A stretch of 64,000 bases of DNA from Cetorhinus maximus (Eukaryota), in contig NC_135917.1 in the NCBI RefSeq assembly GCF_964194155.1, positions 6,386,001 through 6,450,000 of the forward strand. Direction: 5' to 3'. Every line of letters begins with the position of its first letter. Position 1 is the stretch's first letter. The notes beneath the pieces are model-generated. The model was not told the origin of the DNA and did no database searches. It worked only from the letters and a program-made list of their open reading frames with translations. This document shows, piece by piece, positions 11,401 to 22,169 of this stretch. Made by a program: the position numbers and the translations under genes.

Positions 11401-13950
11401 AAGCTGCTCGGTATCTAAGGAGACACAAACATCACACTCACTCTCAGAATGAATCCCTGGCCTGTGAATCATTCTTCCTTTCATAGAGATAAACCAGTAA
11501 AGCTCTCCTGATGTCTCACTGGGTGTGGGCATTGTGGAACTGAGCTATACCGAGCAGAAGCTGAACCAAATCAGTGGTTGGGGCATTCAGTTGGGCTGTG
11601 GGTCCCAAGCGATGGGGGGTAAAAGCAACCCAGGAGCCTGTTCCTGATGGCTATACAGTGTGTTCTGCTTGAAGGTCTGGATCTCTCTGCCCCATGACCA
11701 AATGGCCTGCTGCCATTTGCAGCCTGTGGCCATACATGAAGAATGGGCACTTTGGGCGAGGGTCTGCAGGGTGATTGTGCCCATTCGACGCTGAACCCCA
11801 GCAGATGCTGGTGTTCCTGGGAGAGGGAGAAAATTGGTCAACTCAAGAGAAATCTGACTGTAAATATGCTGCAAATACCTGCTGTAACGTGATTGTGTTT
11901 CCATTATCAACAGGATGATAAGTGGGGTAAAAACCCTTAACATCCAGCAAGTACAGAACCAAGGTAAGAGAATTCCTAATTCCTAGTTTGCAGTAAGAAT
12001 TCCGGGAGGAAGAGCTAGAATTCCAAAACAAAAATGTGAAATTCTGTCATTTTCATTTGTTGAGAAGCGAATAGACAGGTTGTCATTTCAGCTCCCAGTG
12101 TGTGTGTTCTGAAGAAGGATCTATACAGTGCTTCCCAAACCATAACCTCTCTTTGTTCAGTTCCCAGAGGCTGATAGAATAGCTTTGTATTTCCATATTT
12201 CAGATCTCACTTTAGTCATGCATAAGTGTAAATAATGTCTCTGTGTTTAACGATGAGATCAATAGGTGTTCAATGTAAGTACTTCTAATACAGCTGACTA
12301 CACAACTTGCCCTCCTGACCCCCATGCTGGCTGATAATGTTTAATGATTCCTTCTCCTCTAGTACTGTCCCCCTCCAGTTCAAATCAACCACCATCACCC
12401 CCTATCACATAAACCCCACATTTCACCCTTTGTTCCTGCAAACTGCTGACCCATCTCCAACCTTGCTTTTCTCTTAAAGTCCTTGAATGTGTTGTTGCCT
12501 CCCAACGCAGTGTCCATCTCTTCTGCAACTCTATGCTCGATGCTCCTTAATCAGCTTTCTGCCCCTCTAAAAGCACTGATACAGTCCTGATCTAAGTCAC
12601 AAAAGACATCCAATGTGACTGTGACCACATATATCTCCTCATCCTTTTCTATCTGCATGTAACCATAGACATGTTTGACCACAGCAGTGTTCCTCCAGTA
12701 GCTCTTTTGCTTTGTCCACTGGTTGGGCCTTTGATTTAACATGGTGATGACCAAAGCCATTACCTTTGATCACAGCCACAAGCTACGTTCGCTATTCAAG
12801 AAATGCACCTCCTCCGTGGCCACTGCCTGAGGCTGAACCAGATAATTGCAACCTTGGTGTCGGACTCGACCCTGAGATCTGCTTCTGAACCCATAGCCAC
12901 TCCAACACCAAGACCACCCACTTCCATCTCCGTAATATCATCATTCTCCACAACTGCCTCAGCTCATCGAATGCTGAAAACCACACTCATGCCTTTGTCC
13001 CTTCCAGACTCAAATATTCCAATATTCTCATGGTCAGCAACCCAAACCCCACCCTCCTTAAACTCCTGCTCATCCAAAGTTCTGCTGCCCATAACCTAAC
13101 CTGCACCAAGTCCTGTTCACCCTTTGTGCTCACCGATCTACACTTGCTCCGAACCTGGCAGTGCCTTGAACTGATCATTCTCACCCTTGTGCTCAAGTTC
13201 CTCCAGGGCATCATCCCATTCCGTCTCTGTAACTTCTTCCAGCTTTACAATGCCCTGAGATCTCTGTGCTCCTGCAGTACGGGCCTCTTCCTCATCCCTG
13301 ATTTACATCACCCCACCAGGGGCGGCCACACTTTCAGTAACCAAGACTCAAAGTTTAGGAATTCCCTCCCTGAACCACTCCTCCTCTCTACTTCTCTGCC
13401 TCCTCCTTTAAGAGCTATATGTTTGAGCAAGCTTTTCATCGCCATCCTCATATGTGGCCTGGTGTCAAATATTTGTTTGAAAAAGGTCCTGGAAAGCACC
13501 TTGGGACATTTTACTGTGTTAAAGGTGCTATAAAAATGCAAATTACTCTTCTTGTTGCACTTGTTCTTTGAATTACTAATGTCCTTTAGGGAAGGAAATC
13601 TGCCATCCTTACCAGGACAGGCCCAAATGTTACTCCAGACCCACAGCAATGTGGTTGACTCTGAACTGCCTTCAGCAATGGCCAAGCAAGCTACTCAGTT
13701 CAAGGGCAATTAGGAATGGGCCATGATGCCCACACCCCATGAAAGAATAAAGAAAAGAAAGTGTAAGACCCAGATTATAAGAGGGTGTTTTTTTTCCTCT
13801 TTTACAGGTAATTTTCAGCAGTTCCGTGACATGAGTAGCGGATTAGAAAGTTCTCTCGGTTTAGGAAGCTCTGGTAGTGGCAGAAGTAGTCAAACGGTGA
13901 CTGTGAAATCAGTGGAGCAAAGCCGTGGTGGATATCTTTCTTCATATTGA
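8430..13950 (+). CDS. Type II cytoskeletal keratin (keratin-8-like), copy 1; 9 exons, 485 aa, tail exon 9A
   Basis: join(8430-8816,8966-9174,9833-9893,10005-10100,10218-10382,10484-10609,11015-11235,11914-11963,13808-13950). All introns GT-AG and the frame stays open (1458 nt). Internal exon sizes 209/61/96/165/126/221 are the canonical type II keratin pattern. Motifs [45 protein letters not shown] and [16 protein letters not shown]; Ser/Gly-rich head. Confidence 0.95.
9906..9931. repeat. (TA)n microsatellite in keratin intron 3
   Basis: (TA)13 in copy 1; (TA)8 at 26888-26903; (TA)12-A-(TA)7 at 38908-38946; (TA)15 at 54592-54621. Confidence 0.95.
12285..13555 (+). mobile_element. Decayed L2-type LINE in intron 8 of copy 1; copies at about 29248-30525 and 41298-42572; absent from copy 4
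   Basis: Remnants of [34 protein letters not shown] and an L2-type 3' tail (ttgggacattttactgtgttaaaggtgctataaaaatgcaa). Confidence 0.75.
13575..13760 (+). mobile_element. 5'-truncated SINE (same family as 539-915) in intron 8; copies at about 30545-30730 and 42585-42770
   Basis: ctaatgtcctttagggaaggaaatctgcc...aagggcaattagg...cccatgaaagaataaag matches the 3' half of the SINE. Confidence 0.75.
13808..13950 (+). CDS. Terminal coding exon 9A of keratin copy 1 (also 30777-30919 and 42816-42958)
   Basis: Acceptor tttttttcctcttttacag, phase 1. Encodes [47 protein letters not shown], followed by tandem AATAAA. Confidence 0.88.
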
Positions 13951-14144
13951 ATCATCAAGGGATAAACTAATGCCAGCGGAGTCTCTTACCAGCCCACTGA
14001 GTTGATTGTCAGAGCTCTATTTCCTCTCATTTCTTGGATCCTTTAAAATGGGAAATATCCCAAAGTTTTCGGTGCTGAACTCTGTTTCAATACTCTCTAC
14101 CATTTTGTATCGGGATCTGCATTTTATGATATTCCTGTTATATG

Positions 14145-14165
14145 AATAAACTTCTAATCAATAAA
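14145..14165 (+). terminator. Tandem polyadenylation signals (AATAAA x2), copy 1
   Basis: AATAAA at 14145-14150 and 14160-14165, about 200 bp after the stop, followed by T-rich sequence. Confidence 0.75.
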
Positions 14166-14737
14166 TCCGGACTGCTTTTTATTTCAGCACAATATGAAGT
14201 TAGTGGAAAAAAGAAGTTTCATCCATTCTTTTGAAATTGAAGATCTTTCAATTTTTATAACATTAAGTTTGGAGCAATATTGTGAAACATAGAAAGACAA
14301 GTTTGTGTATTCCACATAAGGAACACAGCACACCATCATTGAAACCAGTCAGTGCATGATATAGATACAGCAAAGTTTAGCAACAATTCAAATAATTTAA
14401 CTGCACCTCCTTTTCCTCCAGCAATCATATCACTTTTTCTGTCAGCTGAGAATACAAGCACTGGACATAGGTTATATTGGAATCTCCACAATGGAGTTTG
14501 TATATCATAAATGCAGGCCACCTCATAGCGATGTGATAGCGGGAGATATGTTGGGTTAGAACACTTGTCCTGGGCTATGTGTTGAAATATAGACCAGAGT
14601 GATTAAGGAAAGTATCCTCCATCTATTGAGTGTAAGTGTTGTACAGAAATTGATTTTGTGCAGTCTCTAACCCATTCCCAGTTAGTGTGGGACTACGTTA
14701 CGTTGTGGTCCCTAATTTGTAGTGCAGCCTCACTCAG

Positions 14738-15346
14738 TGTTGCGGAAAACAGAGTGAACACTCAGACCCAGGAGGTTTGTCTCGGAAGCATTTATTAAAT
14801 CGTGATATCACGGAGAGCCCAGCAGCATACAATGGAGCTAGCTGACACTCTGAGGAAGCATCAGAGCACACACGTATTTATCGTAAAAGTCGTACATATC
14901 AAAGAGCTTGAAGGTGATAAGACTGTCTAACCTTCAATAATTAATTACATTGAGAATCATTGTCTTTGGCATGCAACACACAAATAGTCTATTCCAATTT
15001 ATGACTATACAGGATATTGGGGGAAGCCCATCTGGTAATAAAAAAGTGAGACAGAGAATAGATAACCATGCTTGACCTTATCTTTAGTGCTAGGGGGTGT
15101 ACACTCTAGAGAACAGATGACCATTGCTTGATCCTGTCTCTTTGTGTTGGGGGCAGACATCCTAGCCTTGTCTCAAGGATTCCTTGAAGCTTGTTTATGG
15201 TACTCCTTTTCTCCTTTCCTGCTCAGTTAGCTGGCAGCTGCAGGTGTAGCTGCTAGAACAAAAGAGGGAACTGTGCTGTAGTATTCCACTACGGTTTTAA
15301 CTGTTTAACCCTTAGTTGTCCTGTAGATGTATTTTATTCTTCCACA
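14738..15346 (-). mobile_element. Solo LTR (609 bp), unit-1-specific insertion
   Basis: TGT...ACA termini and 5-bp TSD CTCAG (14733-14737 and 15347-15351). The empty site cactcagacagg is seen at about 31698 and 43738. Minus-strand AATAAA at 14791-14796. Confidence 0.85.
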
Positions 15347-15885
15347 CTCAGAGAGGTCACAGGATAGCTTGCGTGGGGAATAGAAAAATACTATACAGAT
15401 GTAATAATGCCTTCGGAACTGAGGCGTACTTCTGGACCCAAGAAGAGGAGCTCTTGTCTGGACCACATTAGGCTTCCCAAACTCAATTGGTCTTGTTCAA
15501 CATTGAATTTGCAATCAAAATGGAAAGTGTTCCATTCCTCAGCAGTACAGCTGTTTAGGTTAACCAACGGTAAAACTTGGGATCCAGAAGGAATGCTTCT
15601 GTGTAAAGACAAATGTCCCTCTGATGTAATAAGAACAATATAATAATTTGAGTATTGGTGTAAAAAGAGACATGCAGTCAAAGCTTTCTATCTTGCACTC
15701 ATCAGGACAGAATCACAACAGACCAAAGTTGAAAGGGAACAAAAGGAGTCTACTTGCAAACCAATCAACATCCTTTTTTTCATGCAGGAGATATTGTTGT
15801 TTCGTTTGGAGACTCTGCACCCTCTCCAAGGCCAATATATCCTTCCTGAGGTTCAATCCCTAAAACCCAACACAATGTTCTAAAT

Positions 15886-16073
15886 GAAAAGCAAAATACT
15901 GTGGATGCTGGAGATCTGAAATAAAAACAAAGTGCTGTAAAATCTCAGCATCTCTGGCAGCATCTGTGGCGAGAGAAACAGAATTCAGAGTCAAGTTGGT
16001 GTCGAAATGTTAACTCTGTTTCTCTCTCCACAGTTGATGCCAGCCCTGCGCAGTTTTTCTAGCACTTTCTGTG
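15886..16073. mobile_element. Foldback (inverted-repeat) short element, Penelope-like terminal-repeat derivative; copies at 32238-32425 and 44278-44465
   Basis: Arms ...ctcagcatctctggcagcatctgtggcgagagaaacaga / tctgtttctctctccacagttgatgccagcc..., flanked by the 14-bp direct repeat acaat(g/a)ttctaaat (15872-15885, 16074-16087). Confidence 0.65.
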
Positions 16074-17509
16074 ACAATATTCTAAATTTTGTCTTCCCGC
16101 AGGTAATATAACTTGTATCCCTTTGTATTTCAGCACTCTTGTGAGAGAGGCCAACATTACATTCACTTTTCCAATCATTATTTCCACATGCCCACTTTTA
16201 GCTTTTAGTAATTGACAAGAGGTAGGAGACTCATAAACCTACATAATTCATAGTTCAAAGATGCATTTAGCACCCCAATGCAATCTTACTGGTATTACAC
16301 AGATTAGAAAGATCGAGCGCAGTCAAGATTGGGCGCTAACTGATCAGTGTGTTGAAACTAAATGAGACCCGATCTGTACAAAGCTGCAACACCCACAAGT
16401 CTCTCCTTTCACTTCATATGCGAGGCTACGATTCAGTGATCACTGTTTAAGCTGGACTGTGTTTTTGACATTCCTTGAAAACTAACAAGTATCTGTCCAT
16501 GGACGCTGCACTTGATTGGAGTGGAGAGGAGGAGGAGGAGAAGGAAAAAGAGCAGCAGCAGCAATGGCATCCTGTTGCAGGAATTGCAGGAAGGCTGCTG
16601 GAAGATGCAGCACCAGAGGGGCAGGCACGCAGCAGGCCTTACCCAGCTCCCACTGTGTACAGACAGAGACTCAGCTTCCTTCAGCTGTACAAGGAGCAGT
16701 GTTTCAGGATGCTCCCATTGTCAAGGCAGCTGGTCACGGACCTCTGCAGCCTCACCCTATGGGGAGATGGTGGGGCAGTGGTATGTCAGTGGGCTAGTGA
16801 TTCAGAAGCCCAGGTGAATATTCTGGGGCTGTGTGTTCAAATCCCACCATGGCAGCTGGTGGAATTTATGTTCAATTAAAATATCTGGAATATAAAACTA
16901 ATCTCAGTAATGATGACTGTGACAGCTATGATTGATTGTTGTAAAATCCCATCTTGTTCACTAATGCTAAGTAGGGAGGGAAATCTACCATCCTTGCCTT
17001 GTCTGGCTGATATGTGAGTTTGGAACCACAGAAATGTGATTGACTCTTAATTGCTGTCTGAAATGGTGTGGCTGGGCAGTTAGGGATGAGCAACAACTGC
17101 TGGCCTTATGAAAAAATAAATGTTATAAAGAGACAGGAAAATAAAAGAATTGTAACCAACAGGTTAAGGCTATTGAAAGAACAATCTGAACTGAATTCTG
17201 ACAAGTCCCCAGCACCTGATGGACTTCATCTGAGATTATTCAAAGAATTGGCAGCTGAGATAGTTGATGCATTGGTGGTAATTTTCCCCTGATTCTGGAA
17301 AGGTCCCATCAGATTGGAAAATAGCGAGTACAACTCCTCTGTTCAAGTAAGGACGAAGCACAGAAAGCAGGACACCACAGGCCAGTTAGTCGGACATCTG
17401 TCATGGGGAAAATACCAGAATTTATTATACGGGAGGTTATAGCAGGGCACTTAGAAAATTGTATTTTAGTTCCTTGAGGAAGGAACATGAATCGGAATGT
17501 AGGAAAAAC

Positions 17510-19571
17510 AGAGGAATATAGAAGGTGGAGGAGGTCATTTGGTTCCTTCAAACCTGCTCCGCCATTTAACTTGATCGTGACTGATCTTTTACCTCAACAC
17601 CATCTTCCCGCACTATCCCTGTATCCTTTGATGTCATTGGTATCTCGAAATCTATCCTCCTCTGTTTTGAACATACTAAATGACTGAGTTTCCACAGCTC
17701 TCTGGGTCAGAGAGTTACAAAGAATCACCACCCTCTGAGTGAAGAAATTCCTCCTCATCTCGGTCTTAAATGGCCTACCTCATATTCTGAGACTGTGTGC
17801 CCTGGTTCCAGACCCCCCCAACCAGGGGAAACATCCTTCCTGCATCCACCCTGTCGACCTGTGTAAGAATTTTGTACACTTCAATGAGCTCACCTCTCAT
17901 TCTTCTAAACTGTAGAGATTACAGGCCCAATGTCCTCAATCTCTCCTTACAGGACAATCCCATCATCCCAGGAATAATCTCATGAACATTTGTTACACTC
18001 CCTTGTTGGCCAGTATATCTGTCCTTAGGTAAGGAGTCCTAACCGACACACAATACTCCAGCTGTGGAGTGATGCAGATCATCAGGTCCAGGGCATTTAT
18101 CAACTTTCTGCCACAATAATTTCTCCAGCTATCCTTTTTTACCAATATTAATTGCTTTTAGCTCCTCAATCTCATTGGTCCCTTGACTCCCCAGTGTTTC
18201 AGGGAGCCTTTTTGTATCTTCCTCTGTGAAGACTGACACAAAGTAACTGTTTAGTTTCTCTGCCATTTCCTTATTCCCCATTATACATTCTCTACTCTCT
18301 GCCTGTAATGGGCCCACATTTGTCTTTACTCAGCCTATCCCTGTTACACACCTATAGATGCTTTTACACTCCATGTTATGTTCCTCGCTTACTTTCATAC
18401 TTCATTTATTTTCTTTTTCTTTATCAATTTCTTGGTTTTCCTTTGGTGAATTTTAAAATGCTACTAACCCTCAGGCTTACTATTTTTTTGGCAAATCTAT
18501 AAGCCTCTTCCGTTGATCTCATAGAATCCTTAACTTCTCTTGTTAGCCATGGTTGGATCACTTTTCCTGCTGGATTTTTGTGACATAAAGTAATGTAGAT
18601 TTGTTGCAAACCATGTATTAATTCTTTAAATGCTAGTCATTGTCTGTCTACCATCATACCTTTTAATGTCGTTCCCCAGTCTACCTCAGCCAACTTGCCC
18701 CTCATTCCATCGTCATTTCCTTTCTTAGATCAAAGACCCTAGTTTTGGACTGAATGGCATATTATGGTTACCCTTCCCTGAAGGCTCCTTTACAACGAGA
18801 TTTTCAATTAGCCCTTGCTCATTGCACAATACTAGATCTAAAATAGACCAATCTCATTATTGCCTGTGAGACCCTTCTTTTTATTTAGCCCCGAGCTGCT
18901 CATATCAGCTAGGCAGAATCTCCTTCCTAATCCTACTTATGTCATTGGTACCTTCATGGAGTATGGCCACCGGATCCTCCTCCTGCCACTGCAAGTTCCC
19001 CTCCAGGCCAGTGCAGTTGTCCTGAATCCTGGCACCGGACAGACAACAGAGCCTTCTGGACTCTCGCTCTCAGCTGGAGGGAACTGTGTCTATCCCCCTC
19101 AATATACTGTCCCCTATTACCCCTGCATTGCTGTTAGCTCCTCCCGCTTGAATGGCTCCCTGTACCATGTTTCTATGGTCAGTTTGCTCACCCATCCTGC
19201 ATTCCCACTCTCGTCCATACAGGTTGCAAGCACCTTGAACCTGTTGGACAATTTCAAGTGCTGAGGCTCTTCCACTTCTACTGTCCTGATCCCCTTACCT
19301 GCCTCACTTGCAGTCACAGCCTCCTGTCACTGAGCAAAACACAAGACCCTATCATAAGATTCGCGGCCACTTCCAGATACAAAGTGTCCAGGTAACATAT
19401 CCCCCTCCCTGCTCTGTTGCAGTGTCTGCAGCTCAGCCTCCAGTTCAATGACTCTGAGCCAAAGCTCCTCAAGCTGCTCACAGTTACTGCAAATGTGTGT
19501 TTGCCCTGGATCTCGCTGGCATTCAGGGGCCCCCACATCCTGCAGTCGCAGCACATCACCTGCGGTGCCAT
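17510..19571 (-). mobile_element. Decayed CR1 LINE (unit 2 copy)
   Basis: Paralog of 1300-3370; EMAEKLNSYFVSVFTEED and ORF1 MCCDCRMW. Confidence 0.8.
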
Positions 19572-20139
19572 CCTTATCGTATCTTAATTAAGTAACTAAT
19601 TAATTATTTCCTTAATTAAATTTAGATTAAGTTTATGCATCCTCTCACCCCTCTTACTGTACTAATTTAAACCTTCGTAATCCAATAAACGCTATCAGTT
19701 CAGAATAAAATAAATAATGGACTCATTGCTTCCCTTCTGCAAGTGTTTCTAAATTAATTATGAGGTGGGTATTTTAGGCATATATAAAAGTTTCATTTTC
19801 TAAATTCCAGCTCTATACACAGTCCCTCACAGCACTTACTCACTAACAAATAGACTTGTGGCTTTTCTCTGAGGTCACTGTTTGAATTCTTTTTCCCTCA
19901 AACTCAGTGTTGGCTGGAAGCTGAAGCTGCATTCCTCCACAGGTCACAAGCAGGTCCACCTTTCTGCCGCTGCTTCTCCCCGCTCCGTCTGTGTAAGTGA
20001 GTTCTCAATGAAGTCTTTCTCTTTACAGCCTCACTCTCCTTGCTGAAGTCTCGCTCTTTACAGCACCACTCTCCTCACTGAAGTCTTACTCTTCATACCC
20101 CACTCTCCTCACTGAACTCTTGCTCTTTACACTCCTACA

Positions 20140-21320
20140 ACATGTATAAAGGGGAAACTGTAGATATGGTGCATAGGAATTTCCAAAAGGCATTTGATAC
20201 GGTGCTATGTCAAAGGTTACCACACAAAGTAAGAGCTGATGGTGCAGGTGGTAACATATTAGCATGGATAGAGGATTGGTTAGGTAACAGGAAGCAGAGA
20301 GCAGGCATAAATAGTTCATTTACAGGTTAGCAAGCTGTAATTAATGGAGTGCGTCAGGGATCAGTGCTGGGGCCTCAACTATTTACAACTTATAAAAATG
20401 ACTTGGATGAAGGGATTGAAAGTAGGGTGGCTAAATTTGCTGATGACACAAAGATGTCAGTAAGATGGAGAGTAAGTAGTGAGGAGGATGTAAGGAGCCT
20501 GCAAAGGGATATAGGTAGGTTATGTGAGTGGGCAAAGATTTGGCAGGTGGAGTATAATGTGGGAAAATGTGGAGCTGTTCACTTTGGTGGGAAGAATAGA
20601 AAAGCAGCATATGATTTAAATGGAGAGAGATTGCACAACTCTGAGGTACAGAGGGATCTGGGTGTCCTGCTACATGAATCACAAAATGTTAGCATGCAGG
20701 TACAGCAAGTGATTAAGAAGGTAAAGGGAATGTTGTTATTTATTGCAAGGGGAATGTCATAGGAAATTAGGGATGTTTTGCTGTAGTTGGGCAGGCTGTT
20801 GGTGACACCACATCTAGTTTTGGACTCCTTACTTAAGAAAGGATATAATTGTGTTAGAAACAGTTCCATGAACGTTCACTCGACTCATTCCTGGGATCAG
20901 GAGCCTATCTTATGAGGAAAGGTTGAACATGTTGAGACTGTATCCTTTGGAGGTTAGAAGAATGAGAGGTAATCTTACTGAAACATTTACGATCTTGAAG
21001 GGAGTTGACAGAGTGGTTATGAGAGAGACTGGAACTAGGGGCACAGTTTAAAAATGAGGAATCTCTCATTTAATGATGAGGAGGCGTTTTTTTCTCTCAG
21101 AGAGTTGTTAACCTGTGGAATTCTGTTCCCCAGAGAGCAGTGGAGACAGAATCAGTGAATATTTTTAAGACTGAGATGGATAGATTCTTGATTGACAAGG
21201 GAGTCAAAGGGCATAAGGAAGTGGAGTTAAGGCCACAATCAGATCAGCCATGAACTTATCAAATGGTGGAGCAGCCTCGAGTGGCTGAATGGCCTACTCC
21301 TGCTCCTAGGTCTGTTCGTA
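20140..21320 (+). mobile_element. CR1 LINE 3' portion (unit 2 copy)
   Basis: QGSVLGPQLF, KFADDTK and CR1 3'UTR. Confidence 0.9.
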
Positions 21321-21869
21321 TGCTCATATGAAGTGATAAGGAAACAGGGCCTGACAGTGAAGATGCCAGTGTGCAGTAGATGGTAGATGATTTGGCAGGA
21401 GGTTTACCTGGATGCTTGTGGAGCTGACTTCAGGAAGGACACTAGCGTTTGTTTGACAGACCTCCCATTGAAACCTGCTGAGAAATCAGTTCAGCATGAA
21501 GCATCGGCAGAAAATGTGCCAAGGACCCGTCTTTGGGCAGAGCATTCATGAATGAATTAAATTCCTACAATTCTACAAGCAACCAGTTTGCAGGGATTAG
21601 GAATATTGCTTCTCCCAATTATCCATGCACAATGTAGTCACTTTGGATTGATTAAAAATGGGCACTCTTTGCCATTTCAATCCTTTTTTGAAAAATATTT
21701 ATTCCCCAAATTTCGCAATCTTAAACTTCACTCTGGATGCAAAAATACAGACCAGGGACCCTGGTGAGTTTCCACATTCAAACAGCTGGTGGAGCCCTTG
21801 GGACACAGCAGGCAGAGACTGCAATGCTCCTGAACATTGGATTCTTTCAATGGGCTCTCACACTCTTCT

Positions 21870-22044
21870 AAAACAAAAACAGAATTACCTGGAAAAACTC
21901 AGCAGGTCTGGCAGCATCGGTGGAGAAGAAAAGAGTTGACGAGTCAACTTCTCCGCCGATGCTGCCAGACCTGCTGAGTTTTTCCAGGTAATTCTGTTTT
22001 TGTTTTGGATTTCCAGCATCCACAGTAGCTTTTTGTTTTTATCG
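21870..22044. mobile_element. Young foldback element (Penelope-like terminal-repeat derivative), unit-2-specific
   Basis: 59-bp inverted arms 21870-21928 / 21948-22006 with one mismatch; 12-bp TSD tca(c/t)actcttct at 21858-21869 and 22045-22056; empty site in the other three units. Confidence 0.8.
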
Positions 22045-22169
22045 TCATACTCTTCTGCTATCTATATTCTGCCAACCTGAAAGAGCGCAAAACCAGTTTA
22101 ATCCTCGAACGCTTTTTGTCCAGGGAACTTATTTACAGACAACAAACTTGAATTAATGTGTAAATATTT

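Noticed and set aside
12105-12205. Hammerhead-ribozyme-like remnant (ctgaagaaggatc...cttcccaaac) in intron 8 near the breakpoint
   Set aside because: The catalytic GAAA reads CAAA and stem II is imperfect. At most a dead half of a Penelope-like repeat; not supportable as a ribozyme.
13030-13533. 167-aa intronic ORF (also 29999 and 42044)
   Set aside because: Decayed L2 ORF2 C-terminus; truncated in unit 2.
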